Shown: in pieces, positions 9,966-19,566 of the stretch | Layout: each line of letters begins with the position of its first letter | How positions within the stretch are numbered: the stretch's first letter is position 1 | NCBI GenBank assembly: GCA_007571305.1 | Contig: RKRR01000149.1 | Span: 4,631-68,630 of the forward strand | DNA: 64,000 nt | Direction of reading: 5' to 3' | Source of the DNA: Candidatus Poribacteria bacterium | GTDB taxonomy: Bacteria; Poribacteria; WGA-4E; WGA-3G | Made by a program: the position numbers and the translations under genes | Notes under the pieces: model-generated | Told to the model about the DNA's origin: nothing | What the model saw: the letters and a program-made list of their open reading frames with translations, nothing else | Database searches by the model: none

Positions 9966-11390
9966 ATGTCCACGCCACTCAAAATCAACTTTGACAAAGG
10001 CACCCTCATCTTACAGAACGTCCCAGAACCCCTCCGCACACAATTGCCAGACACTCGCTGGGATAAAAGGACTCTCACCTTCCGGGCACCCGCTTACCGC
10101 TACCGGCATATTATCTCGCAGTTACGCGCACATGGTATTTTGTATGAGGACACAGCACGGCAATTTTCAGTCGAACCCTTTACATACCAGCAAACAATGT
10201 CCCCCTACCCTTATCAGACCGAGGCGATAGACGCATGGCACGCCAACGGCAAACGTGGTGTGGTGACCCTCCCTACCGGTGCTGGTAAAACCTTTATCGC
10301 GATTCTGCTTATCGCTGATACGCAGCGTCCCACACTTGTCCATGTGCCGACAATAGATTTGATGCACCAATGGCATACCGTATTGAAGGAACACTTCGGA
10401 CAAGAGGTAGGACTCTACGGCGGCGGTTATCATGAACTTCGAGACCTGACTGTGACGACGTATCAATCCGCTGTTATGCATGCACCATACTACGGAAATC
10501 GGTTTGGTTTCGCCATTTTCGACGAATGCCACCACCTACCGGGCGATCAGTATCAGTATGCAGCAATTAGCAGCATCGCCCCGTTTCGATTGGGGTTGAC
10601 AGCGACACCCGAACGTGTTGATGGGAAAGAAAGTCGACTCTATGCCCTCGTCGGCGAACCCTGTTATGAAGTAGAGGTACAAGAACTCTCTGGAAAAACG
10701 CTCTCTGAGTATCGGGTTGTCACCATTGCTGTTGAAATGGAAGATACAGAACGGATTCGGTACGAAGAAGCCCGTCGCATTTATTTAAACTTCCTCAAAC
10801 AGGAGCGCATTAATATGGGAACACCGCGAGGCTGGCATACATTCCTCTGGAAAGCCTCGCTAACAGATGAAGGACGCGCCGCTCTTAAAGGGTATCTCGC
10901 CCAGAAGCAAATCAGTTTTGCTTCAACGACAAAACAGGAATGGGTGTGGAAACTTATTCAGAGGCACAGCGGGGATCGGATCCTCATCTTTACACAGGAC
11001 AACGATACAGCGTATCAACTCGGCACGCGTTTCTTGCTGCCAGTGCTAACGCATCAGACGAAACCCAAGGAGCGGAATGATTTTTTGAACAAGTTCCGCG
11101 ATGGCACCTATTCCATCCTCGTCACTTCTAAAGTCCTAAATGAAGGTGTAGATGTCCCAGAAGCGAATGTTGGTATCATCGTCTCTGGAAGCGGAAGTGT
11201 CCGGGAACATGTTCAACGATTAGGACGCATCCTCCGCAAGCGGGAAGGCAAACAGGCAGTGCTCTACGAACTTATCTCCAAACAGACCGGTGAACACTTC
11301 GTTAACAAGCGGCGCAGACAACACCACGCCTACCAATTTTCTAACAGGAGACCAAATTTTTACCGCACATCGTTTCACAAGGGTTCCTGA
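9966..11390 (+). CDS. XPB/ERCC3(Ssl2)-like SF2 DNA helicase
   Basis: Damage-recognition-like N-terminus (KINFDKGTLILQNVP...WDKRTLTFRAPAYRY). Helicase motifs: I TLPTGAGKT, II FDECHH, III LGLTATPER, V VLNEGVDVPEANVGIIVSG, VI QRLGRILR. I used the first ATG at 9966; the listed ORF starts at a TTG at 9954. Confidence 0.8.
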   Translation: MSTPLKINFDKGTLILQNVPEPLRTQLPDTRWDKRTLTFRAPAYRYRHIISQLRAHGILYEDTARQFSVEPFTYQQTMSPYPYQTEAIDAWHANGKRGVVTLPTGAGKTFIAILLIADTQRPTLVHVPTIDLMHQWHTVLKEHFGQEVGLYGGGYHELRDLTVTTYQSAVMHAPYYGNRFGFAIFDECHHLPGDQYQYAAISSIAPFRLGLTATPERVDGKESRLYALVGEPCYEVEVQELSGKTLSEYRVVTIAVEMEDTERIRYEEARRIYLNFLKQERINMGTPRGWHTFLWKASLTDEGRAALKGYLAQKQISFASTTKQEWVWKLIQRHSGDRILIFTQDNDTAYQLGTRFLLPVLTHQTKPKERNDFLNKFRDGTYSILVTSKVLNEGVDVPEANVGIIVSGSGSVREHVQRLGRILRKREGKQAVLYELISKQTGEHFVNKRRRQHHAYQFSNRRPNFYRTSFHKGS

Positions 11391-11449
11391 TGGGTTTCAA
11401 TGGTAAGCACAACCAATGGACGCACTGGACGGGAAGGTAGAATTAAAAA

Positions 11450-12685
11450 ATGCTCACCAAAGATCTACTCCAGTATAAAACAAAAAAGGGGCAAATTTTA
11501 CCACAGTTTGTGAATCCAGCGGATAACCAGTTATTGGCGATTGCTGAGCAACTGATCGCCGTTTTTGAAGAATCTCCAAATAAACCACGTGCAACGCTCT
11601 TGGAAACCAGTAAGCATATTGTTGATAGCACACCGGGAGCACTTATAGTCAAACGTGGACTCGAAAAACTCCTGTTAGATCGGACAGAGTTTGATACTAC
11701 TCCTAATGAAGAACTGATTGCGTTCCGGCAAAAACTCTTCACAGAAACCAGTCGTTTGCTTTCACAAGGACAGTTTGAGAATTACGCGGATTATCAACGT
11801 AAAGTGTTAGGGACGATGGCAGAGCAACCATCATCAGAAGTTGCTCCCACAGCGGAGGATCTGGGTGCCAAAATCTACGCAGATCTGCCGAGTTGTCAAC
11901 CGGTTTTGGGGTTCAAAACGCTTTCTGCTGAACACCTGCTCCACCGCTACAACACGGCACAGGTCCAAGGGTTGCTTCTCCATAGCGATACTCTCACACT
12001 AAAACTCACTGACTCTATGACAGCCGAACTCCGTCAGCTGTTTAAGTATCTCAGATTCAATCAACTCCTCTCCACAATTCGGAAAGCAGAAGAGCTCTAT
12101 CAAATTTCAGTGGACGGACCGCTCAATCTTTTTTACAAAACAAAACGGTACGGTATGAATTTGGCGAATTTCTTCGTTGCCGTGCTGCATCAACCCAAAT
12201 GGGAACTCACTGCTGAGATCCAGTTTCGGAACAAACAACGTTATTGGTTATCCCTCGATGAGTCGTGTGGGATTAAACCGATTTCGCAACAATTTCTCGC
12301 CTATATCCCCGAAGATATTCAGCTCTTCCAGACAATGCTCCGCAATAAAACCGACGACTGGCAGATCCGTCCCGGAAGTCAGTTCCTCCCTTTACCGGGG
12401 GATCTCTACTGCTTTCCAGACTATCAACTCGTTCACAAAAGCGGTGTAGAGACTGCCATTGAATTGTTTCATCCATGGCATCAAGGACATCTTATCGCGC
12501 GACTCAACACACTCGCTGAACAGACAGAAATGTCCCTTATCCTCGGTGTCTCAAAGGAGTTGGAAAAAAAGCCGCTTATCGCTGAAGCACTCATGACATC
12601 CGCCTATTTCTCACAGTTCGGTTTCATCTTTAGAGATGTCCCCACCATACGCACCCTGCTCCCGATCTTGAACTCACTCGTGTAG
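11450..12685 (+). CDS. DUF790 / Bax1-like endonuclease (XPB partner)
   Basis: 411 aa, 59 nt downstream of the XPB-like gene. The N-terminus LTKDLLQYKTKKGQILPQFVNP resembles the DUF790/Bax1 opening (L..R..gg.i.P.f.). Size and gene order match archaeal XPB-Bax1 operons. Assignment is by recollection of the family, not a search. Confidence 0.55.
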   Translation: MLTKDLLQYKTKKGQILPQFVNPADNQLLAIAEQLIAVFEESPNKPRATLLETSKHIVDSTPGALIVKRGLEKLLLDRTEFDTTPNEELIAFRQKLFTETSRLLSQGQFENYADYQRKVLGTMAEQPSSEVAPTAEDLGAKIYADLPSCQPVLGFKTLSAEHLLHRYNTAQVQGLLLHSDTLTLKLTDSMTAELRQLFKYLRFNQLLSTIRKAEELYQISVDGPLNLFYKTKRYGMNLANFFVAVLHQPKWELTAEIQFRNKQRYWLSLDESCGIKPISQQFLAYIPEDIQLFQTMLRNKTDDWQIRPGSQFLPLPGDLYCFPDYQLVHKSGVETAIELFHPWHQGHLIARLNTLAEQTEMSLILGVSKELEKKPLIAEALMTSAYFSQFGFIFRDVPTIRTLLPILNSLV

Positions 12686-12793
12686 CCCAATAATAACAAG
12701 ACATACTGTACAAAAAATGTGACATTCTATCACTTCTGTGGTATCCTTAACAGTAGAGATTCAAAACCTACAGGAACGAAACCCTCCTCAAAA

Positions 12794-14050
12794 ATGAGCA
12801 TAGCAGAATTAACTCCCAACCTAATCGCCGCACCGCACGAGGTAGGACTATCAGCAAAACAACTTAAGCGTATCTCTACCACTGCGCAAAAATTTATTGA
12901 CGAAGAGCAACTCGCTGGCGCGGTCACGGTTGTGGCACGGCTCGGTAAAGTAGCACATTTCGAGGCATTCGGCATGATGGACATTGAATCGGATAAACCG
13001 ATGGGAAAAAATACTATCTTCCGTATCTATTCAATGACCAAACCGATTGCCGCCGCGGCAGTCATGATACTCCGTGAGGAAGGAAAACTGGACTTGGATG
13101 TCCCAGCTTCAGTGTATCTACCAGAATTAGGTGAACTGAAAGTAGCAACGGAAACAGAGGGTGACTTGCTGAGGTTGCTTGAAACAGATCGGGATATGAC
13201 GGTACGCGACCTGATGCGACACACCGCTGGACTGCCCGGTGCCATCCGATACATGTCAGGGCAAACAACTGTCGACAAAATCTACCGAGAGGCGGGTCTA
13301 CACCGTCTACATGAATGTGACCTACAAGAAATGGTTGAAAGGCTAGGTAGGATTCCCTTGCTGTACCAACCCGGAACAAAATGGCACTATAGTATCGCCG
13401 CAGATGTCTTGGGAAGATTAATTGAAATGGTTTCCGGTCAGCCCTTCGATGTGTTTTTAGCCGAACGGATATTTCAACCGTTAGACATGCGCGATACCGG
13501 ATTTTATGTGTCGGAGGAGAAAAGAAATCGGTTCGCAAGAATGTACGGTCCAAAACAGGGTGGTGGTCTACAAACGATGGATGCGCCAGAGGGTGGAACA
13601 GGTCAGGTATCCGAAAATAGTTTTATACAGAAACCGAAATTTCTATCTGCTGGCGGTGGCTTAGTCTCTACTGCCGCTGACTTCACTCGCTTTTGTCTGA
13701 TGCTCTCAGGCAGAGGCACACTTGAGGGAAAAGAGTTAATGAAATCGGAATCTGTCCAATTGATGACACGAAATCACTTACCAGAGCATTTGATACCACT
13801 CGACAAAAAACCTGATGAACGTTACGCGGGACTCGGTTTCGGACTGGGTGTCTCGGTTCGTGTGCGACAGACGGATTGGATACCCGCTTCCCAAGTCGGT
13901 GAATACGGATGGATCGGCGGGGCAAGCACCGAATTCTGGATTTCACCGTCAGATGAATTGGTGGCAATTACGCTTGCACAAAATATCCCGTTTTCCGAAC
14001 TGAGCCAGACCCTTAAACCACTCATTTACGCAGCGATTTTCAAGAAATAA
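12794..14050 (+). CDS. serine hydrolase, beta-lactamase/esterase (class C-like) family
   Basis: SxxK nucleophile motif in FRIYSMTKPIAAAAVM, then the family pattern ...HLLTHTAG-like RHTAGLPG... and a C-terminal W.GGAST region. The internal ATG at 12794 was chosen (MSIAELTP...). Confidence 0.8.
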   Translation: MSIAELTPNLIAAPHEVGLSAKQLKRISTTAQKFIDEEQLAGAVTVVARLGKVAHFEAFGMMDIESDKPMGKNTIFRIYSMTKPIAAAAVMILREEGKLDLDVPASVYLPELGELKVATETEGDLLRLLETDRDMTVRDLMRHTAGLPGAIRYMSGQTTVDKIYREAGLHRLHECDLQEMVERLGRIPLLYQPGTKWHYSIAADVLGRLIEMVSGQPFDVFLAERIFQPLDMRDTGFYVSEEKRNRFARMYGPKQGGGLQTMDAPEGGTGQVSENSFIQKPKFLSAGGGLVSTAADFTRFCLMLSGRGTLEGKELMKSESVQLMTRNHLPEHLIPLDKKPDERYAGLGFGLGVSVRVRQTDWIPASQVGEYGWIGGASTEFWISPSDELVAITLAQNIPFSELSQTLKPLIYAAIFKK

Positions 14051-14106
14051 TTCTCAGTTGGAAACCTTTTTTTACCATGACCGCCTGGGCCGTTCTCCTT
14101 ATGTTA

Positions 14107-14265
14107 ATCCAAGTTGCTACTCACAAGATTTTAGGCATCCCGTCCCATTTTTCACTGAAACGGTTTCATGATCCGGAGGCATTTCGTAGCGTAGGAAACC
14201 GTGGGTCTCCTGCGTTCGAAACTGCACAACCTAACAGGTTCTGCTACATAATTGGCAACTTGGAT
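14107..14265 (+). mobile_element. MITE, family B copy 1 (159 bp)
   Basis: Perfect 11-bp terminal inverted repeats atccaagttgc (14107-14117) / gcaacttggat (14255-14265). They are directly flanked by a perfect 7-bp direct repeat tatgtta (14100-14106 and 14266-14272). It contains the hairpin core at 14224-14247 and is largely identical to 44817-44971. Confidence 0.8.
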
Positions 14266-14398
14266 TATGTTAGGGCAGGTTTTGGTTTCCAAGACCGACA
14301 GTGCCTTTGTCTCGTTCGCTTTTCACCAAAAACCTGCTTGGAACACTGTCCTGCGAGCCTCTATAGGCTTGCACAGGGAAAGCAGAGCAAAAAGAAAA

Positions 14399-15856
14399 AT
14401 GATTATCAAAAACAATCCCGAACATGTTAGCACCGAGCAGATAGTGCTGTTTCCTTTTGACGATTACAGTATCCCGTTTCAACATGGTGTCCGTCTACAA
14501 CTTGTGCCTTATAGAGCTGGGGTCGATCGGACCCGAATTGTGGTATCTCCGGGGCCGCCCGGCTCGCCAGACAGTGCCTGTGTCATTTACTACGGATCTG
14601 TCCACCGTGTCGGCGACGAACTCTGGATGTGGTATCTCGGACACGGGGACGACGATAACTGGCACCAACGGGTGTGTTTCGCAAAAAGTTTGGACGGATA
14701 CAACTGGGAGAAACCGGAACTTGGATTGGTAGCGTATAACGGTTCCACGCAAAACAATCTCGTCGATATCCAAGGCGGACAACACCATATTCAGGCGTGT
14801 GTGGTGTATTATGAACCAGACGATCCTGACCCCACGCGTCGATTCAAAGCCATTATCGAAACTTCCAAATATTCTCCGAAATTTGCAGTTATGTTCAGTG
14901 AAGACGGACTCCAATGGCACGAAGCTGAACGGCATCCGAATCCACCATCCTGCGAAATGTCCGGTCTCACGAAACTTAACGGATGCTATTATCTGAGCGC
15001 GCACGGAGGAAGCCACGTCGGTCCGACACGACAGATGGTGATGTATGCCTCCTACGACTTTGAACACTGGATCGAAGCCTCATGTTTGGGGTTCAGGCGC
15101 GGTAACATCCCACCAAGACCCGTGGTGTCAGGAGCACACCAAGGCGAGCAGGTCCATCTCGGTGCGGCATTATGGAATCGTGGGAATGTGATTCTCGGCT
15201 TTTATGGGCAGTGGCATGGTCCAGAAAATAATGATCGCCGACATGTGACGATGGATCTCGGATTAGTCGTCAGCAACAACGCCCTGCATTATCGCGAGCC
15301 AATTCCGGATTTTCAGATGGTAGAAGCGGCAGAAGACGACTTTGAACACCTACCAACACCGATGAATTTTAAACACGCTGCACTTATGCAGGGACAAGGT
15401 TTTGAGAATGTTGGCGATGAGACACTTTTCTGGTATGCCCCGTGGCCAGAGCAACTGAGCAATGGGGTCCGGATTGCAACATGGAAACGTGATCGACTCG
15501 GCTACTTCCAAGCAGCAGACATGAGCCGGAAAACAGAACAGCCTCGGCACGTGATTTCGGCACCTATTGACCTTGAAGGACAACCTTGCGCAGTCGCACT
15601 GAATGTTGATGGCTTGTCGGAATACAGTCAGGTTACACTTGATATCTTAGACGAGCGTTTCCGACCCATCGAAGGATATACCAGAGAAGACTGTCGCCTC
15701 CTCACATCGGGTTTTCACCAGACAGTGGTATGGAAAAATAGAGAATGGATTGACAGAAGAAATGGCGTAATTCGAATCAGGCTGAATTACACCGGCATCC
15801 GTCCAGAGGACGCGAAAGTCTACGCTATCTACGTGGAAAAAGCAGGGGTATCTTGA
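14399..15856 (+). CDS. beta-propeller glycoside-hydrolase-like protein (GH32/43/130-like), function uncertain
   Basis: Long ORF. I chose ATG 14399 (MIIKNNPEH...) because the upstream part of the listed ORF lies inside the MITE. The sequence (VYYGSVHRVGDELWMWYLGHGDD..., CFAKSLDGYNWEKPELG) resembles propeller hydrolases. The functional call is weak. Confidence 0.45.
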   Translation: MIIKNNPEHVSTEQIVLFPFDDYSIPFQHGVRLQLVPYRAGVDRTRIVVSPGPPGSPDSACVIYYGSVHRVGDELWMWYLGHGDDDNWHQRVCFAKSLDGYNWEKPELGLVAYNGSTQNNLVDIQGGQHHIQACVVYYEPDDPDPTRRFKAIIETSKYSPKFAVMFSEDGLQWHEAERHPNPPSCEMSGLTKLNGCYYLSAHGGSHVGPTRQMVMYASYDFEHWIEASCLGFRRGNIPPRPVVSGAHQGEQVHLGAALWNRGNVILGFYGQWHGPENNDRRHVTMDLGLVVSNNALHYREPIPDFQMVEAAEDDFEHLPTPMNFKHAALMQGQGFENVGDETLFWYAPWPEQLSNGVRIATWKRDRLGYFQAADMSRKTEQPRHVISAPIDLEGQPCAVALNVDGLSEYSQVTLDILDERFRPIEGYTREDCRLLTSGFHQTVVWKNREWIDRRNGVIRIRLNYTGIRPEDAKVYAIYVEKAGVS

Positions 15857-15896
15857 CTTCAATCCTATCTTCTGCTAATATTTAAGGGAAACAGAA

Positions 15897-16011
15897 CTTA
15901 CGCAATTTTGACAATAACACGGTCTCTGAGAGGGAAACCCACCGACAAAAAACACACGGGGCCCTGACACACCCTCACAGGTTATGCTACAAAAGAGCAG
16001 CAGGCGTAAGT
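15897..16011 (+). repeat. intergenic repeat, family A copy 1 (about 115 bp)
   Basis: Termini cttacgc...gcgtaagt. Internal tttgac..gtgagagggag..aaaaaacaca... plus the hairpin core at 15967-15990. By eye roughly 75-85% identical to 19331-19444 and 25057-25176. Confidence 0.75.
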
Positions 16012-16035
16012 CCTACGGAAAGATAGAGGAAAATT

Positions 16036-16575
16036 ATGGCTTTTCTACACGGACTGAACAAACTATACCCTGGCGGGTTAATATTAATTACAGGTTTGAT
16101 GCTTTGTTTCACTGCATGTGGTCCGAAAGCGATCCCGTATTCACAAAGCACGGATGTGCCTGAACCGAATGCCGTTGCTGTCGCACACTACAATTGGGGT
16201 ATGGCGTACGCCAACGATGGGAATTTTGGACAAGCCATTATGGAACTCGGCTTGGCAATCGAGAATGAACCGGGATGGGTAATGCCATTTTTTACATTAG
16301 GCGTTGTCTACGGAAATTTGGGGGAACTCGACAAAGCCATCCAAGCCTGGGAGCGCGCCACTCAGTTAGATGCTGGCTTCGCAAGAGCACATTACAACCT
16401 CGCGGTCGCCTATTCACACAAAGCGGAGAAGGGGCTCTCAATTGCCGCGTTACGTGAGGCAATTCGCGTAGACAGTGCGGCATTTTCCGCTGCGAAAACG
16501 GAACCCGCATTTGACAACATTCGTAATTCTCCGGAGTTCCAAGAATTAAAAAAAAGCACTGAATCAGATGAGTAA
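16036..16575 (+). CDS. TPR-repeat (lipo)protein
   Basis: Signal peptide with a Cys (LMLCFTAC). Three TPR units (AHYNWGMAYANDGNFGQAIMELGLAIE, FFTLGVVYGNLGELDKAIQAWERATQLD, AHYNLAVAYSHKAE). Confidence 0.75.
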   Translation: MAFLHGLNKLYPGGLILITGLMLCFTACGPKAIPYSQSTDVPEPNAVAVAHYNWGMAYANDGNFGQAIMELGLAIENEPGWVMPFFTLGVVYGNLGELDKAIQAWERATQLDAGFARAHYNLAVAYSHKAEKGLSIAALREAIRVDSAAFSAAKTEPAFDNIRNSPEFQELKKSTESDE

Positions 16576-16592
16576 AGCCTCAGCGGCGAAAT

Positions 16593-17573
16593 ATGGCCCG
16601 TTATACAACCCTTTCACCTACAGAACTGGCGCACGTTGTCGCGCAATACTCGATCGGTACACCGCTGAAATTTGAAGAAATTGCTGGTGGATTTGGGAAC
16701 AGCAACTTTAAACTGACGACGACAGGCGGAGAGTTTCTGCTCAAAATTTGCGATGAGAAAGACTCAGCAGAACTTAACACGCAAATCGCACTCTTACAAC
16801 ATCTCCAGCGACATACTTACCCAACGGTATATCCTATCCCAACGACAGACCAGAAACAACTCATACACGAAACTTTTGGCAGCGTGATGCTCTATCCATT
16901 TCTGCAAGGGGAACAACCACGATCCTCACCAGGGACGCTGGCACAACTCGGTGAAGCATTGGCAAAATTGCACTGCATTCCACCAATCGCGGGACTGCCT
17001 CGTTTTGCAATGGGAATTTCACAGATGACACCGTTTTTCGAGGAGGTCCAAGGCACACAATTCGCCACGCATCCTTTCGTTGAATCGTTGAAATCGCAAT
17101 TAGAAGCGATGGAACCACAACTCAATGCTTCACTTCCGATGGGACTTTTACATGGAGATCTCTTCTTGGATAACACCCTTTTCAATGGCGATGAGATGGT
17201 CGCGATCCTTGATTTTGAGGAGGGATGTTATGATACACTGTTAATCGACGTTGGAATGACACTTATTGGTTGTTGTTATACACCGGAGAATCGGCTAAAT
17301 CTTGAGGCCGTCCGGCGATTTTTAGACACTTACAACGCATTGCGTCCTTTGACAGAAAGTGAGTGGCATTGCTTAGGCTGTTTTGTCGACTATGCCGCCC
17401 TTTCCATAGCGTTCTGGCGATTCAGGCAATTTAACATCCGGCACCCAGACAGACACCGCGCCAACACATATCAGGAAATGATTACCCGCAGTGCCCAATT
17501 TAGGCATCACAAGAACGACCTTCTGATAGAACAGAAATCGCTTGGAAGCCAAGTAAGGACAGACCTTAATTAA
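16593..17573 (+). CDS. phosphotransferase-family kinase (homoserine kinase type II / APH fold)
   Basis: MARYTTLSPTELAHVVAQYSIGTPLKFEEIAGGFGNSNFKLTT..GEFLLKI resembles the type II ThrB N-terminus. The catalytic loop LLHGDLFLDNTLF is present. Confidence 0.65.
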   Translation: MARYTTLSPTELAHVVAQYSIGTPLKFEEIAGGFGNSNFKLTTTGGEFLLKICDEKDSAELNTQIALLQHLQRHTYPTVYPIPTTDQKQLIHETFGSVMLYPFLQGEQPRSSPGTLAQLGEALAKLHCIPPIAGLPRFAMGISQMTPFFEEVQGTQFATHPFVESLKSQLEAMEPQLNASLPMGLLHGDLFLDNTLFNGDEMVAILDFEEGCYDTLLIDVGMTLIGCCYTPENRLNLEAVRRFLDTYNALRPLTESEWHCLGCFVDYAALSIAFWRFRQFNIRHPDRHRANTYQEMITRSAQFRHHKNDLLIEQKSLGSQVRTDLN

Positions 17574-17576
17574 AAT

Positions 17577-19310
17577 ATGTCTTTAATACGATTAGAACAT
17601 GTCACGAAATTGTACGATCCGGACCTGATTCTCGACGATATTTCGGTCTCAATTGAGCACGGCGACCGACTTGGATTAATTGGCCGTAACGGAACTGGAA
17701 AAACAACGTTACTTAAAATTGTAAATGGTCTACTTTCCAATTTTAAAGGGAAAGTAGTCGCCGCGAAAGGATTGCGAATCGGATACCTCAGTCAAGAACC
17801 CGAACTTGCCCGCGATTGTACCCTAAGGCAAGAGATGCTCAAGGTTTTCGAAAAACGGCGCGCGCTTGAAGATAAGATGCTCTTACTCGCCGAGGAAATG
17901 GAGACAGAAGAAGCACCAAACCTCTTAGCAGCGTACGCTCGAATTCAAGAACAGCACGAACAACTTGGGGGTTACGATTATGAACACGAGATTAATCGCA
18001 TTCTCGGCGGCTTAGGTTTCAGCGAACTGGACTTCAATCTCCCGATCCGTGTCCTGAGCGGTGGACAGAAAAGCCGAGCGACACTCGCGAAATTACTCCT
18101 TGAAAAGCCAGATCTACTGCTTTTCGATGAACCGACGAATCATCTCGACATCAAAGGGATTGAGTGGCTCGAAAACTACCTCAACACTGAATACGACGGC
18201 GCAGTCCTCGTCGTTTCTCACGATCGGTATTTCTTAGACAAGGTTGTACGGAAGGTCTGGGAACTAGAAGAGCAGAAAATAAAAATCTATCGGGGAAATT
18301 ACTCCAAGTACGTTGAAACCAAAAAAGTCGAACAATTAGTCACAGAACGAGCATTCAAAAAGCAACAGGCGTTTGTTGAACACGAAGAGGACTTCATTCG
18401 CCGCAATATTGCGGGACAACGTACACGAGAGGCACAAGGTAGGCGAAAAAAACTGGAGCGTTTGGAGAGAGTCGAAAAACCGAAATCTGATGCTCCTACC
18501 CTCAACCTCAGTTTTACACCTGAAACTCGTGGTGGAAATGATATCCTTCGATGCCAAAATGTTGGCAAAGCATTCGGGGACAAGGTCATTTTTAGGGATA
18601 TGAATTTTGAGGTATATCGCCGTGATGTTATCGGGATTATCGGGGCGAACGGCACTGGAAAAACAACGCTCTTCCGAATGATTTTAGGCGACGAAGCACC
18701 AACCGATGGTGAAATGTGGGTAGGTCCCACGTTAAAGTTTGGATGCTATGCACAAGAATTGGAAGGACTCAACCCGGACAACGAAATTATCGACGAAATC
18801 TGGACACTTCGCCCAAAGCATACACACGGTGAAATACGCAGTTTCTTGAGCAAGTTTCTATTTTTGGGTGATGATGTTTTCAAACGCATAGGGAACTTAA
18901 GTGGTGGAGAGCAGAGTCGTGTGTTACTCGCGAAGTTGCTCTTAACAAACGCGAACGTCTTACTCCTTGATGAGCCAACGAACCATCTCGACATTCCAGC
19001 GCGTGAAGCATTGGAAGCAGCACTGGGGGAATATCCAGCAACACTTTTTATTATTTCTCACGACCGGTACTTGCTCAACAATCTTGCAACAAAATTGCTA
19101 ATCTTTGACGGCAAACCTGAAGGGACTGCTGAACTTTTCGAAGGCAACTATGCTGAATATCTCGCACAGCAACAGCAAGCACTTCAAGCAAATCAACCGC
19201 GTGAAAACAACCAAGAAATCCAAAATGTCCAAACTAACTCATTGAGATCTAAGTCGAAATCTAAGCGAAAGCGAAAAATGAAGGCACAGCGTCTTGTCGG
19301 TAGCAACTAA
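17577..19310 (+). CDS. ABC-F family ATPase (two ABC domains, no TM domain)
   Basis: Two Walker A motifs (GRNGTGKTT, GANGTGKTT). Two signature motifs (LSGGQKSR, LSGGEQSR). Two Walker B motifs (LLLFDEPTNHLD, VLLLDEPTNHLD). Basic linker and a Lys/Arg-rich tail. Confidence 0.9.
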   Translation: MSLIRLEHVTKLYDPDLILDDISVSIEHGDRLGLIGRNGTGKTTLLKIVNGLLSNFKGKVVAAKGLRIGYLSQEPELARDCTLRQEMLKVFEKRRALEDKMLLLAEEMETEEAPNLLAAYARIQEQHEQLGGYDYEHEINRILGGLGFSELDFNLPIRVLSGGQKSRATLAKLLLEKPDLLLFDEPTNHLDIKGIEWLENYLNTEYDGAVLVVSHDRYFLDKVVRKVWELEEQKIKIYRGNYSKYVETKKVEQLVTERAFKKQQAFVEHEEDFIRRNIAGQRTREAQGRRKKLERLERVEKPKSDAPTLNLSFTPETRGGNDILRCQNVGKAFGDKVIFRDMNFEVYRRDVIGIIGANGTGKTTLFRMILGDEAPTDGEMWVGPTLKFGCYAQELEGLNPDNEIIDEIWTLRPKHTHGEIRSFLSKFLFLGDDVFKRIGNLSGGEQSRVLLAKLLLTNANVLLLDEPTNHLDIPAREALEAALGEYPATLFIISHDRYLLNNLATKLLIFDGKPEGTAELFEGNYAEYLAQQQQALQANQPRENNQEIQNVQTNSLRSKSKSKRKRKMKAQRLVGSN

Positions 19311-19330
19311 CAAAGTGCTAATTTTCAGGG

Positions 19331-19444
19331 CTTACGCAATTTTGACCATCTGACGCTTTGTGAGCGGGAGAACTCCAAAAAAACACAGATGTTCTCGGGA
19401 CACAACCTAACAGGTTATGCTACAAAAGGGCAGCATGCGTAAGT
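19331..19444 (+). repeat. intergenic repeat, family A copy 2
   Basis: cttacgcaattttgaccat...gcgtaagt, with the hairpin core at 19399-19423. The 12-nt sequence agtgctaatttt occurs on both sides (19314-19325 and 19442-19453). Confidence 0.75.
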
Positions 19445-19566
19445 GCTAATTTTGTGAAAAATACCGAGTTGGGATGAAAAAAACGCTGAAAATTTACTAT
19501 TTTTTTCAGTTTAATTTGACATACAGATAAAGTCGGTGTATAATTATTGTATCGCATACGACGGAA

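Noticed and set aside
14077-14430. 117-aa ORF, and the N-terminal 49 codons of listed ORF 14252..15856.
   Set aside because: Both are read through the MITE at 14107-14265, whose sequence recurs in non-coding contexts at 44817-44971. A downstream ATG (14399) gives a sensible protein start.
19314-19453. 12-nt direct repeat agtgctaatttt flanking family A copy 2 as a target-site duplication.
   Set aside because: Copy 1 has a similar sequence (ctgctaatattt) at its left side only. The right-hand repeat overlaps the element terminus. It may therefore be part of the element rather than duplicated target, and I left it unresolved.
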